61,334 nucleotides of DNA, filler included, from Sphacelaria rigidula (GCA_964200075.2; 7 parts of 7 records of this genome joined end to end with filler, not necessarily neighbours in it), one strand, 5' to 3'; positions 22,330 through 35,449 are shown, numbered from the whole stretch's first letter. Numbers and translations are program-made. Notes: generated by a model not told the origin, from the letters alone.

Positions 22330-25300
22330 GTCGATGGACAAGTTTGTGCATGGCTCTGCAGCGCTAGCCGTCCGTACTCTTACCACGGAAACATCTGCAT
22401 CGTTGGACTAAAAGTCCTTCCTGGGAGCGTACCCGCAGTTCGACTTGACCTTCTCCGTCGTATTCTTGCCTTTACCCTTGCTTTCGATATCTGATCGGCA
22501 AACCCCAGGAACTCCGCGAAATGCACAAACATCGTCACGCTCGCGCGTCTCGTCAACCTGCAATACGGCAATACGGTAGCAACACAACATGATGCATCAC
22601 CACGAAAGGTCCAAGGAAACATTGCAATCCACATGGTCGCGTTGAAGAAAACATTGCAATTCACGTGATCGCGTCCAAGACTGCGCGGGAGTTATCGTGC
22701 TCCCGCACTACACACATTTTGCTCTCACGATCAGAGCTGATTGAACTTCAACCTTGTAAAACCGGATGTCGTTTTCGGCACGCTACATGATTTGTTAGAA
22801 TTTCGGTTTGCTGTTGGCAAATGTTGACCTTTTCGTCTCGGTGCAAACTCCCAGACTTCGCCCAAGTATTACCCACCCCCAGTGGAACAAACGGAAAAGT
22901 ATGTGCCGCCCCACGTGGGCATGCATCAATTTTACGGTCGATGGAAATGCCGCAAAACGTGCACCTGAGCTTGACATCTTGTGCTGCCGTTGGCGTAAAA
23001 CCCGAACGGACATAATATTTCATCAAGGTCGAATGGATCGGAAGTTGACCTTTGGCGTCGCCGATAATTGGTAAAGTGGCGGTTGCTACTCTTCCGGTGC
23101 TGTCGTCGTTGGCTGTGCTCGAAATGTCTGCCCAGACCTCTTGCAAGAACTCCAACGAGAAGTAGTGAACGGCTAGAGCTTTTATCACTTGCGGGTCAAG
23201 AGGAATCACGTCTGCCGCGCATAGCTTCAGCGGGGCACCCTTTGCCACCCCGCCCGTCCACCACCACCCTTCTTCATCACCGGCACTCTCCTTGTCTTAC
23301 AATCAGAGTCGCTCGCCTCTACTCGCTCGTACTTCAGTTGCATAAGAGCCCCATGCACTTTGTTGGCATCGTCAGGATCTCCGCTATAATAGCGGGCGAC
23401 CTCGTCGCTGCGAACAATGCGAACACCCCACCGCCCTGCTTGGAGAGGGCGACGCGAGCAACGAATGGGTCACCATACTGGGGCCTCATTACGCTCCCGG
23501 GTTTATCACTATCGGGCAAGGTGGAGGCAGTCGGAGACTAAATCGATTTCTCACCCACTACTCGGCGCAGACGGTCTGTCGACATCCTGCCGGAGGTGAA
23601 AATGGAGTATACAGCCCGGCTCTTCGCCATCTCCACCGAATCAACAACAATCGTCCCCTGCACTGATGACCGAGGTGGACCGGCACATTGTTGCAGCGCT
23701 GTCTCGAACGCCGTCGCTGTATCACGTTCTTCTTCCTCCTGCGACGCACTCGCCCGCTGTTCGGTGTCCTTCTGATTTCCATCCCCATCGCTCCCGCCCC
23801 CCGGGCCCGCGCTTACGCTTGTCTGTGCGCCTCCTTCCCCCCGTGCAGCGTCCGGCGTCCGCTCCGTTCTGTCTTTGTCACTCCAGGCATCCCGAGTTCA
23901 TATCTGACGTGAATTTTATGTCGAGAGGGTGGATTGAGTGGAAGTGACCGCGCCGGGGATGGAATGCGGCGGTTAAGTAGGGCGTCCAGTACCCCACGCA
24001 TACAACGTTCTCCGCTTATGACTTGAACATACTGCGACCACCAGCTCATGGCATTGTCGACCGTGCGCACATTCGCGGCGCGGATACCAAAATCAGTGTG
24101 CGTACGATACCATTACGTGAATCGTAGGAGCAAGTAACACACACATCGAAACCCACAACGAGGCATCACATCGAGATAGTACTTACCCGAAGGGCTCGAA
24201 CATCATGTCCCCGGCCTTGTCCAGACCTCGGAAGGTGCGCGTTTGTGACCTCTGGTAATCGGGGTGTCGAGATAGTACGGTTGCAGCCTGTTCCCGACCG
24301 TCCATCCAGCATTGCCGGATGTCTACCCCTGACACGCTGGCGTGCTCCCCTCACCCCATGACAACATGTTGTTGTGATCTTCCGTCCCCTGGTTTAGCCG
24401 CTTCAACGGATGGTGCAACGTTGGGTTGGATGCCCAAATTAGCGGCGACTGCGTTGCCGCGGAAAATCGGTCTTCCACCCGCACGTCCGGTCGCAGCAAT
24501 CAAGACGCGTGCAGTGTGGTGCCGTCGAAGGTAAGGCGGGAGGTTAGACTCCCTCAACTACGCCTACCTCACCCACTCGCAAGTCATAGACCGGGCAGAG
24601 TTTTACCACGTCGACATTGAGAGCCCATGGCATGCTCCGTACATAGCCCGAACGCAACCGTCACCAATCACCTACCGAGTCAGTATACCAAATGATCCGG
24701 CGGAAATAGCTGTTCACCTTGGTCGCATGAAAAAAAACAACGATCCTACATCGTCACCTGTGCCCGACCTTGAAGCGCTCGACGACATATTCTTAGGAAC
24801 GACTCTTCCAGTCCCAGACCTTGATGGTTCAGTACACAAGGTAATGTCGGGACCATATACGGTAGAGTATTTTTGATTTTCATCAGCAGTGTGTTGGAGC
24901 CAGTTCAACTGATAATTTCCAATATCATCACAAAATCAAGGATTGGTCCCCTCAACGTGGAGTATGGCGATATTATCGTATCATTCCACAATGTCACGAT
25001 ATGAAAAAATCATATCGCGCTACAATTTTGTCCAAGGATCCAGCAGCATTGATTCCCCCTCGTAGGAGAAGACGGTAGAATTTCTAAAGTTGAATGTTTG
25101 GTTTATTAGTGCACTACAACACACATACCACATCAGTTGAGCAACAACTGATGCTCGCTCATTATAACATGCACCATAAAATGTATGGAAGTATATATAT
25201 GTAACGTATGTTTTTCCTTTATTATCCCATGGATTTTTTTAATTACATGGCTTGTCAAGTGCAAAGTACCACGCACTTGTTAAGCTTTTGCCAGATTTTC

Positions 25301-26130
25301 TCCGTGTAATAAAGTTGTCTCCCAGTGTTTTCGAACACTGACATCGGTATAGCGTGCACCGTCCAACATATTGTGTACCACATATCCACCCACTCGACGT
25401 CCCGTATTGTTTTTTTAAATTTACACAATACCCTAGCACGGTCTACAATTATTATTTATATTGGACACTGTCAGACTCGCCAGTGTTTTCATGATCTGAA
25501 GTCCCCAGTCTGGGAAGTCCTCGCCTGGCCTGCGGCTGTCCAGGAGGTCGTTTCATGTAGCCTGCAGTTTTTCGGTTGTTGACTGCGGGTTGCGTGTTGT
25601 CCTTGGAGACGTGCCCGAAGAAGCTTGCGTTTCTCAGAGGGAGTACGGGTTCAAATCCCCTCGTCGGTCTTCTATCGTATACGACCCTATTTGACGTCGA
25701 CGGTAAGACTTCTTAGCAGAAAGGACTCGAGCCCACCGTAAGGTGAAGGCGTAGTAGGAGTACAAACGCTGCAGAATATGCTTAACTCCCGACGAAAATC
25801 GGGCCTGCATGTGGTCGTACACGCCGTTGACCATATCCGGATGAGGGCCACAATCAATTATGAAGGACGGCAGCACATTTACGCGATGAGAGAATAGTTC
25901 ACTCGATCCCCAATCGGGAAGCGGGACGGGGGTTTTCGATACAGGCGACGCCTGATTTAAATGTGTAGTTCCAGATGGCACCTGGACTGCGCCCGGAGGC
26001 ACGCCTTTGCCAAGCTTGGACTTGTTTCGGGGCTTGCGGCCTCGACTCGCGCTTGGGGGAGCGGTATTTCCTGAAGAACTAGACCACCCGGTCCGGGAAG
26101 CACTTATCGAGGGGGGTGATCGCAGAATTC
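22330..26130 (-). pseudogene. Decayed large transposase-like gene (P/THAP9-like motifs, Cys-rich C-terminus)
   Basis: Collinear minus-strand fragments with stops and frameshifts: SSGVKHILQRL (~25780), FG/YVRSM..LNVDVV (~24630), EDRFS..PLKRLN..EDHNNMLSW (~24400), KSRAV..STDRLRRVVG..GDPF (~23570), CTFCG, and CAFRG..C..SNC..EPCTN (~22340-22530). Family assignment is from motif recall only. Confidence 0.5.
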
Positions 26131-26231
26131 GTGCAGGTCGACGAAACGTAAGACATCCTCGACGAATTCTGCGATCACCCCCCTCGATAAGTGCTTCCCG
26201 GACCGGGTGGTCTAGTTCTTCAGGAAATACC
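26063..26231. repeat. Perfect 70-bp inverted repeat at contig end
   Basis: 26063-26132 is the exact reverse complement of 26162-26231; 29-bp spacer. Confidence 0.9.
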
Positions 26232-26331
26232 NNNNNNNNNNNNNNNNNNNNNNNNNNNNNNNNNNNNNNNNNNNNTTAATTAATTAANNNNNNNNNNNNN
26301 NNNNNNNNNNNNNNNNNNNNNNNNNNNNNNN
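26232..26331. other. Artificial contig linker
   Basis: N44-TTAATTAATTAA-N44. Confidence 0.98.
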
Positions 26332-29300
26332 GGGGGGGAGGGAAGGGGGGGGGTAGCACCGTTGGGACCGTGTCCGGGCTGGCAGGTTCCGGTTCTATAC
26401 TAAATCCTATATACTCAATGCAACCAAGCTCAACCACAAGTCACTTGGTTTTAGACTGGGTTGAACGCGAAAGAAGAGTCACTTTACTTGCAGAGCACAC
26501 ACCCAAGCACAAGCAGCGAAAAACAAAACAGCAGTCGCGGTCTCGGCAAGCCTTGGTTTGGTGTTGGGCTTGGAGTACGCTGTGTAAGCGAACATGGACC
26601 GCTTGATCCATTGCTTGATGCAACCTGATCATGAATCCTAGCAAACCCAAGTGAGTCAGATGACTAGAGTTCGGCACCCCAACACCAGAACAAGCAGAGC
26701 CAAGGACTTTTCGCAAAAACGCGGCGAGACTAAAACTGAAACCGTCAAAAACGCGGTGAGGGGAAACGGGTTGATGAGTTGGGGCAAAAGATCGAGGCGG
26801 GGAAGGGGAGCAGTTGCGACGAACCGCAAACTCTTCACCCGTCTGTGACCACAGCAACCACTGCAACGGCCGCACTAGTGTGGCTGAGGGGGTGTACCCG
26901 GAGGATCTGCGTAATTTATTTGGCGTAATAATTTATACTCGCTTGCTTGAATCATCCTGAATCATCGAAGAACTATTATATTATTGATATATCAATCAAA
27001 ACAGCACTCAACACTGCTCACACCATTGCACACTATCCAAGTTTTTTTTATGAAACACACGAACAAACCACGCACGGCTCGTGCGCATTGTTTCGACAAC
27101 GTGTTGCTGAGGAACTGATGCCCCGAAAGCTGATAAACAGGTGTCTCGTTCGAGAAAAAAAAATCAAATCAGGAGCTGTTGAGGGGGGTAGTGTGGGTCC
27201 AGGAATATTTTTTCCACCCGCCCTTGCCTGCAGGGCAATTTTTCGAAATTTGTCATGTTTTTTGTCTACTTTGCAAAATGTTGTTGAAGAAAGTGATCCG
27301 GAAACACTGACAAAACCGAGGAGTAGTGGTGGGCTTTGCGAGGTTCGTACTTGCTTCTCTGCTCCTTGCTCGCTCTGCCCAATGAACTCGGATGCCTGCC
27401 ACGCTCACACACATGTATGCACACGAGCGCAAGGTAGCCACAGCCTGTATACTCGTACAACAGCCAAAGTAGCAACATTATTATCTCACAACTCGCACAA
27501 CTTGCTCGGACAACTGGTAGGTACTCGAGACACACGACACGGAATATGATCCCATGAATGTAATCATGATTAGTGATGAGCTTGGGGGTGGGGGAAGAGG
27601 AGTGGCGTATTCGCCGTCTCAGTCGTCTCCATGCGAAGAATCTCTGTACACGTCGGCAGCTGTCCACATCCGCCAGCGCCTCGGCTATAAACTGCGGGAC
27701 AGCAGGCCGGGTGTGCTCCCCCCCCTCGAAAACTCAAATTTGCGATCTTGCGGCCTACGCGTCCCGAGAGCTCTTTTTTCGACAGAACCCTGGCTCTCCC
27801 TTCAAAATATTCTTTCGTTAAGATAGCCCCAAGGCTCTGACAAGACCGTCGTCAGCCATACAGTCCGGCGGTACAACAGCGAGTCGAGCCGATGAACATA
27901 TAGTAGTATACTGGTGCTGTGTGCATGGATGACAACATGAAGCAGCTTGTCTCTTGGCATTCTCTGGGCTGCGCTTGAAGAATAGCGATCAGCAATCCGT
28001 TTCAATCAGTTGGGTCCACGTCCTGTACACCCCAACATTAACAACAACGATACCCCCCCCTTCACACAAACTCTACTACATATATATGTGTACACAGTCC
28101 GCCTTACTTTGGCAAGTAACTAGGATATGCAATATCATCTGCTGGTGCTGACTCGGCATTATTTACTCTCGGAAAAAGTAAAATGTTGCCGATTCATCCG
28201 ATCACCTACATCGGTGGTGCAAGGACTAATGGCGGGGGGAGAGTGCTAAAACACAGCAGAAGAGAGCCCATTCTCTCCTATATACCAGATGACAACAATC
28301 TTTTCACACCGAGCGCACGGCATTCTGAGACTGATACGAAGATCTAGCAGTGCGCGTCCGTACGTGTGCACTGTAATATAGTCTACATCTATAGATCCTC
28401 CGCGCCTAACACCGCACCGTAATAAACAGCAAATAAATACGTACTTCTACGTAGTATGTCTTGCGAGGACTATCCTATAGCCAAGCTCTGTACAGCCCTA
28501 GGCTCCCGAGCGAACACCGCGGTGAGTCCTTGCGAAAGAGAGGAATTACTGTGGTGGTGCACACAGTAGTGGGGTTCTCACCTTCACCGGGACGTTGTCG
28601 TGCTGATCCTGGTGCTCTCTGATCCTCGCGATCACCGTGAGCACAACCCACCCCAAAAAACGCCCAATCATGGCGAAAGTTTGGTGCGCTGAATCACGTG
28701 TCTCTCGACGCTGTCTGCAATCAGTGACTAGTATGTTTAGCGCGCACCGACGCGGTCTTGACGTGTGTCGTGTTCTCCTGAGGCCGATAGCAGTCAGCAG
28801 TGCACGTTGGAGAAGGCTCGGACAGAATGCTAGTAGTTGTTGTTGTTGAATGTAGTTGTAGATGCTAGTCGAAACGTTGGCTCCCACCGGTGATTGTCTG
28901 TGCTGGCATGCGGTGATTTGGTGCGTCTCGTGGAAGTAATGAACTGACAGGCGGGGGGGGGCTTACTGGTGGGCGTGCTCCAGTCTTGTTGCGAATTCGC
29001 CTCCACAGGACATCCAAATCATCTCTCGATATTCCCTCCAAGTACAAATAAATACTGTACACAGTGCATGGCTCCTGATCGCAGTAGCGCTGAAACTGGT
29101 CGTTGTTGTGAGCACAACATGTGTTTGGCGAGACAGGGATAACGTTGGTGATGTTGTTGTCTTCACAGCAACATCAAAAACCGTTCCGATATCTGCGCCG
29201 TACTTTCTATTGCTGGGCATCTGATGCGGGCGCCTTCCGTGGGCACAGACTAACTATTATACCCCGATATAGGGTAAAATGAAATGAAAAACTAAAATCG

Positions 29301-30751
29301 GACGCGAGGGAATAGTAGGGCGTTCCTCATCAAAGCACTTGTCTATCGAAAAAGTGCGGCGGAATAATAAAAAAATCCGATCTGATTCGTCATCATCATT
29401 TCATCTTCATCATCAATGACGTTGACATGACGGACGACCTATCGAAGATATTTTTCCCGCCGCACTTTTTTGATCGAAGCAAAAGAATAATGATGATGTG
29501 CTACGCCATGATAACCGCCTGGCTGAATTTAAATTGAACGCACGTGTGTGTCATAATCTGTGCGGGGTGACGAACGCTCAGTAGAACCTGAGAGGGTCCG
29601 CGTGCTTGGGATATCTTTGGTGATGACTGAGGGCCTTTCCCTCAACAACGTGTTCTTTTTCCGTGAAAAAAAAGTACCGTGGTAAGCTTGTGGAAAGAAG
29701 AAAAAAATCGATCTAAGAAGTCGTCAATTTAACATAAAAATGACATACGAGTAGACGTGGATGACGACCTATCCCGACTTATTACTGTATACGAGGAGTA
29801 TTACATCGGATTTTTTCTTTTTCGACGCATTTTTTCGATCGAAAAGTAACGTGATTAACCGGATGAAATTTGATCTGTTGTTGTAACAACAGTCCTCCGC
29901 CAAACTAAGAAAAAAAACGAAAATGTATCGGAGTGCTCGCACGATATAGTATGAGTTTTCTGTGAACACCCGCACTTTGTTCGCGTGAAATAGTGATCGC
30001 ACTTTTGAAGGAAACTACGCTCGTTCATTCCTCGACCATGGGTAGATTAACCTCCCTGAAACTTGGTGCACTGGCTGGACACAACACAAATAACATGTAA
30101 ATCAGTCGGCGGCACACGTTCGCAGTGAAGAGGTAGCAATCGTAAAACGGCTGCACAACCCGAGTATATTTCACGCGGAGAATAATATATGCTTGATGTT
30201 TTCGTGATTTTGATTGGCTCATTTTCCCCCGCCGTATTTGATGATACCTACCCATGACAACGAGGAATCTGCTGTCGTTCATGTACTGAGGAGTTTTTGT
30301 GTCGATCATGTCTCCAGGAGTTCTTTTGCTCATGTGTTGGGAAGATCCCATATTTTTATGTTGAGGATCTCATATATATGTTTTGCGATGTTGGAAGGAG
30401 GCGCGCCCCGTTTCCCCCTTTTTCTAAACGTCACCATTTCGATAATCAAATCGACTTCAGCTTCTTGATAAAGTTGCCACCGTCTCCCAATAGACGGGGG
30501 CGATAACGTACGCCTTGCACACCAGCTTCGGTGTGCGACTACTCCACGGGCACATCCCTCACGCGATTATCCCGCCGCACGCCACCGGATGTGATCACAG
30601 AGGACACCCGGTGAGCGGATATAGCCCAGGGTGTGGTACAGATAGTCATCACTATGGAGCAACACGAGACAGGACACCCAGCACCCAGAAGATCCGCGGA
30701 GGACGAGGAATCCATTGCATCCCCGGAAGAAGACTGTCGAGATTGCGAGCC

Positions 30752-31012
30752 GAGCAATGCTACGGTAGGGGTGCACTTTTTTCGCGAAATTATGTCTATT
30801 TCAGGGGCTCCTAACGATTCTAGATGCACAAAAGTATGGGTCAGGGCATCCCGGTTTGCGAATTCATTCGGGATATCCCCAGCACATTGGAGTAGTTAGT
30901 GATTCTGGCGTACTTTCACATATTTTCATAAGTCGTGTTTTACATGAGATGAAGGGCTCCTAACAATTCTAACCTCAGAAAATGTTTGTGCACCCCTACC
31001 GTAGCATCTCTC
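30752..31012. mobile_element. MITE with GAG...CTC termini and 4-bp TSD (Sola2-like), copy 2
   Basis: Reverse-orientation homologue of 6106-6376, with TSD AGCC at 30748-30751 and 31013-31016. Confidence 0.85.
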
Positions 31013-31219
31013 AGCCGATTCCCAAGATACCGCCGCTGTCAGCCGAACCAATACCGCAGATGAAGACAGAGACCCACCCCTGCAGGCTAGGGCCGGGGGA
31101 CATGTGCCCGTTTCCAGTAGCGAAGGAATCGTTCGACGCGTGACGCACGAAACAGATGACTGTCGAAAATGCGGTTGGGCATTGTTGAAACGAGGCTCAA
31201 CTTCAAAGCAGAGTTATGA

Positions 31220-32060
31220 CAAATGTTCTGTAGGGTACGGTTTTCTGCATACCCAGGGTATGTTCCCGGGCATTTACCGTACCTTACAGTTCTATGGCCT
31301 CTGTAAGACTTTCATACCGGTACCCGACGACAGTTCTGTAATCTCTGAAGACTTTGAGACTCTTACCCCCGATAGTTCCGTAAGCCTCCCGTACTCGTAC
31401 CGTTACCGCGGGCGGGGGCAGTGGTATGCTCTTGACGAGATACCCGGTTGCGGGTATGGTTTTCTGAGCAACCTTCACACCCTACCCGACAGCTCTATGT
31501 TTTTTATACAAAATGTATACCCGTAACCGAAGCGGGGACATGCTTTGGAAGAAATGCTCAATTACTGGTACGGTTCTTCTGCAAGACTTCCATCCCATAC
31601 CCAACGGTGTTTTCGTGAGACTGAGAGTAGTAGGGAAAGGATTCGATTGAGAGTGAAAAGCGGTCAATTAGTGAATGAATCGTTTCAGTTCCGAAATGAC
31701 CCTCAGCGAGGCCCGATATGCTTTCTGTAGTATCTTGCCACTGAGGCCCTTTATAAGTCTGGGTAAGATATCGACGTGTAGCTGTGAGCACATGCTAGTG
31801 ATGGAGGCAAAGAAAAGCACGAACGAAATGAAAAAATGGCCACGTTAGAGCGAATGACCACAGCCACTCTCAATCAGCGCGCTATTCATAATCTCACGAA
31901 AACGTTGTTACCCGTAAGTCTCCCATACCGTACCCGACAGCTTTGTAATTTCTGGACGACTGTCATCCACTGCCGGTACCTGACAGTTCTGTGAGGTCTG
32001 TAAGCCTTCCACACCCCTACCCGGGCTTATAGGGTACATCGTCCTAGGTATAACCGATTG
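31220..32060. mobile_element. TACCCG-motif repeat element with a nested MITE
   Basis: Many TACCCG/CGGGTA and ACAGTTCTGTAAG motifs, homologous to 33175-33545 and 54210-54572. Interrupted by 31601-31910. Confidence 0.65.
31601..31910. mobile_element. MITE (Tc1/mariner-like), copy 2, nested
   Basis: GTTTTCGTGAGACTGAGAGT...ATCTCACGAAAACGTTGTTA; the body aligns with 8143-8444. Confidence 0.75.
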
Positions 32061-32282
32061 CAGGTACGAGCACACGCATATACCTTGGGGAGGTATGGAT
32101 ATAGGTTCAATCCGAACAACACCTACCTCATGACCTGAACAATTACCTCTTATTGATCGACCCAGCCTACTCCTTCATTGAACCTTGCACACCAACGAAA
32201 ACTCAATGTTGGAAAGTTCCTTAGTTTAGAATCTGACGGGATATGAGGTGCTACAGAGTGTAAACACGAAACATGAGCAGCA

Positions 32283-33090
32283 CTAAAAGTCGTCAGGATC
32301 GAGATCACTCCCAGACTCGAGTGGTGGCTCGAGCGGGGGCGGTTCATCTGCGCTACCTGTGGAGCAAGTAGCAAGACGCACGTCATCGATTTTGATGGTG
32401 ATTGTGTCGTGGTCATCGAACCCCAGACCGTTTCCGACATACACAACAAAGATTATTAGCCGCCACCGGAAGTCATCAAGGCCATCGACGATTTTGTCGG
32501 GCCAAAGGGATTCCAGTGAGCGAGCAGTCGTGCATACTCCTTCACGTACTCTACGGGAGTGTACGTAAAAACAGCCGATCATCGAATTTGAGGATCGAGT
32601 TTTTTTTCGAGGATGAGAACCTGGAGAATTAAAATATTCCTATCCACACCAAATCTTCAAAACATAGTTCCAATCCTTCATCTATCGGTAGCTCTTGACA
32701 ATTGCTACATGCCATACAAATTTGAATTCTGATAACCGACATGTTGGGGTCCTACGTGAAGGAATAAATTTGTGGAATTTAGGTGATCCGATCGGATCGC
32801 CTAACTTCCCCAAAATTGGTTTCTCACCTAGGACCCCGATATTTCGGTTGTCGAGATCCAAATTTGTATGGCGTGTCGTAGCTATCAATATCCATCAGTA
32901 GGTGAAGGAATGGAACCATAATTCGAAGCTTGGTAGATACGAAGATTTTGATTCTCCGGGTTCTCATCCTCAACAAAAAGCTCCATCCTCAGTTTCGATC
33001 ATCGGCTGTTTAAAGCCGATATACGTTGACGATCTTGTGCACATGTAGTACTGCAAGCGTTCGCGTAGTCGTTCTCTATCGCCCCCGTGA
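32283..33090 (+). pseudogene. Unidentified coding relic split by a foldback insertion
   Basis: Removing 32570-33014 restores one frame: LKVVRIEITPRLEWWLERGRFICATCG...TGVYVKPIYVDDLVHM, with several internal stops and many C/G-ending codons. Confidence 0.35.
32570..33010. mobile_element. Spacerless foldback element (~441-bp imperfect palindrome)
   Basis: Arms AACAGCCGATCATCGAA... / ...TTCGATCATCGGCTGTT pair in to the centre GATCCGATCGGATC (~32785-32798); flanked by TAAA on both sides. Confidence 0.85.
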
Positions 33091-33174
33091 AGCCTTCCAG
33101 AGTTTTGGTGAACTGTCATCTGTAGTTCGCCACTGTAGTGACGTAGGTCCCATGTCAGGGGTAATGATAATACA

Positions 33175-33545
33175 TAGGTCGTGTTTTATGGGGTACGGGT
33201 TTCTGTATACCCGGGTATTTCCCGTACCCGTCAGTTCTGAACAACTTTCATACCCTTTCCCGAAAGCTCTGTAATTTGTGTAAGCATCCCGTACCGTTAC
33301 CGGGGGGCACGGGTACGCTCTTGATAAAATTCCCGGTTGCGGGTACGGTTTCCGGTGAACCCTCCAAACCCTACCCGACAGTTTCTGTAAGTTCTGTAAG
33401 CCTCCCATACCCTTACCCGACACTTCTGTGAGTTCTGTACACAATGTTTACCCTCACCCCGAGCACGGGTATGATCTTGAAGAAATACCCGATTGCTAGT
33501 ACGGTGTTTCTGTAACCTCCCATATCGTACCGACAAGCTATGTAA
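33175..33545. mobile_element. TACCCG-motif repeat element copy
   Basis: Aligns with 31220-31600 (GGGTACGGGTTTCTGTATACCCGGGTA...). Confidence 0.65.
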
Positions 33546-33547
33546 GT

Positions 33548-33850
33548 AGGTGACGCACCCATGAGGCAGTGTAGAAGCCGTGGCTGTCTCTGGAAGTGTC
33601 GATACCACAGAATAAAGCAACTCCTTGTTGGCTGTCATCCAAATGCAACATAATCAGTAGGCTTCGGGCCNNNNNNNNTGCAGCTCACCCTTCATGCGAC
33701 TCGCCGAGCACACCATGGCGCTTCGCGCTTGGTGGTTTGGGTGCGAGCGTGGTCCAGCGAAAAATCGGCGTGCTCCGTCCCGGCTTTGCAGGCATGGAAC
33801 GTCAATGGTCTTATGACTATGGCATATATGATCATGAGTACACCCCCTGC
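33548..33850 (-). mobile_element. Bipartite interspersed repeat, reverse copy
   Basis: Reverse complement of 13243-13550 (GGCGTGCTCCGTCCCGGCTTTG; CCCATGAGGCAGTGT). Confidence 0.75.
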
Positions 33851-33869
33851 CCCTATCGTAGCACGACTC

Positions 33870-35007
33870 CAAGGTCATTTCCATCATCCGCCAATTCCAC
33901 GACGGCATGCGGGCATGCGTACACCTGGATAGCGGCGAGACATCTGAGTGGTTTCACGTTAACCGGGGCCTCCACCAAGGGAGTGTGCTTTCCCCCGGTC
34001 TGTTCAACACATATTTGGCGGCGGTGCCAACGGTAGCGTTTGATCGCTTCTCGATCAATGAAGCGGTGGCGAAAGACTTCATCCACATCGCTGAAAGGGG
34101 AGGGAAGACCAGGGACGAACTCAGCAAAGTGCTCTGGGCTGTACTATACGTTAACGACGCTGGCATCGCTTCGCGGTTCCGTGTAAGCCTGGCAAAGATT
34201 ATGACGGCCGTTGTCAAAGTTTGTGCAGCATTCGGTCTCGTTGTCGCGAAAGAAAGACGGTCACCATGCATATGCGCTTTCCGAAAATGGAGACGGATAT
34301 GATCGAGGTGGAGGTAGCGGGTCAAACATACAAGCAAATTGAGTCGTCCTCTACCTTGGCGGGAAAATCAGCAGCATCGGTGATGTCACTCCCGAGATCC
34401 ACAGTCGCATTGGCCAGGCCTGGATTTGCTTCTACAAGTACAGCAGAGCGGTAAACGACAACCCGTACATCACCCTTGTCACCAAGGTTCGCCTCCTGAA
34501 GACTCAATTGATCGAGGCAATGTTGTACGGCTACGTGACCTGGGCGATCGCACACGACGATTTCGGCGCGTTACGGGAGACCCATCGAGGATTCCTGCTG
34601 AGGTGCCTCAATAAGCATACCTACCACATGCTGCCATACCACGAGGTCCTCGAACGAACTACCTGCGAGTGCATTGAGGCCACAGTGATGAAGCGAAATC
34701 TCCTACACGCCGGCCGCATTGTACGCATGCACGATGAACGCCTCCCCAACATCGCAATGCGTGGAGTCATGTTTGGGGGAAAGACGAGGGCAGGCCGATC
34801 AACAAGGCGCCTACAACGCTGTATCGCGGACTACTGCTCGTACTTCGGAATAAGAGCGACATCGTGGACGCAGTTTGCCCGAGGTGTGTCCGAATGGCCC
34901 CGAGTTGTAGAGGAGGGGGCTAACATGAACATGGCAGGGGCTAACATGTACATGGTAGCCTGGACAAAAACACGCCACGCTAAGGAACGCTTTGCTGTGC
35001 TACCACT
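33870..35007 (+). mobile_element. Decayed non-LTR retrotransposon (RTE-type) reverse transcriptase, 3' part
   Basis: VISIIRQFHDGMRA...SEWF.VNRGLHQGSVLSPGLFN...LYVNDAG (YADD motif mutated)...AFGL, then the RTE-like C-terminus MLYG..TW...RMHDERLP...GR. Frameshifted. Confidence 0.9.
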
Positions 35008-35107
35008 NNNNNNNNNNNNNNNNNNNNNNNNNNNNNNNNNNNNNNNNNNNNTTAATTAATTAANNNNNNNNNNNNNNNNNNNNNNNNNNNNNNNNNNNNN
35101 NNNNNNN
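35008..35107. other. Artificial contig linker
   Basis: N44-TTAATTAATTAA-N44. Confidence 0.98.
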
Positions 35108-35152
<45 letters not shown>

Positions 35153-35173
35153 TAATAATAATAATAATAATAA
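35108..35173. repeat. (AAT)n microsatellite at contig start
   Basis: Near-perfect AAT run. Confidence 0.95.
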
Positions 35174-35449
35174 CGCCGTGCGGTTCACAAACAAGACGAC
35201 TCCAAACCAAACCAACCGTGCGTTTTTTCACAGGATGATCGATGGTCCAATAAAAATAGGGTAAAACTACGTCTCCAACCAAAACATGATGCAAAAACTT
35301 GGCGCTCAACCAACAGTAAATAAAACACTCAACGCATTCAACATTCCCTCAGTTGTTCTCGACCTGTACATACAAAAGTGAGACGAACTCTCACCGACAT
35401 AGATGTGCGCACGGCAACAACCTGAAAACAGAGCATACAACACACTGAC

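Noticed and set aside
27570..28720. Possible two-exon minus-strand gene (MIGRFLGW...; SLGAILTKEYF...)
   Set aside because: Splice sites are plausible, but the product is short and unrecognisable, and the frame depends on a homopolymer run.
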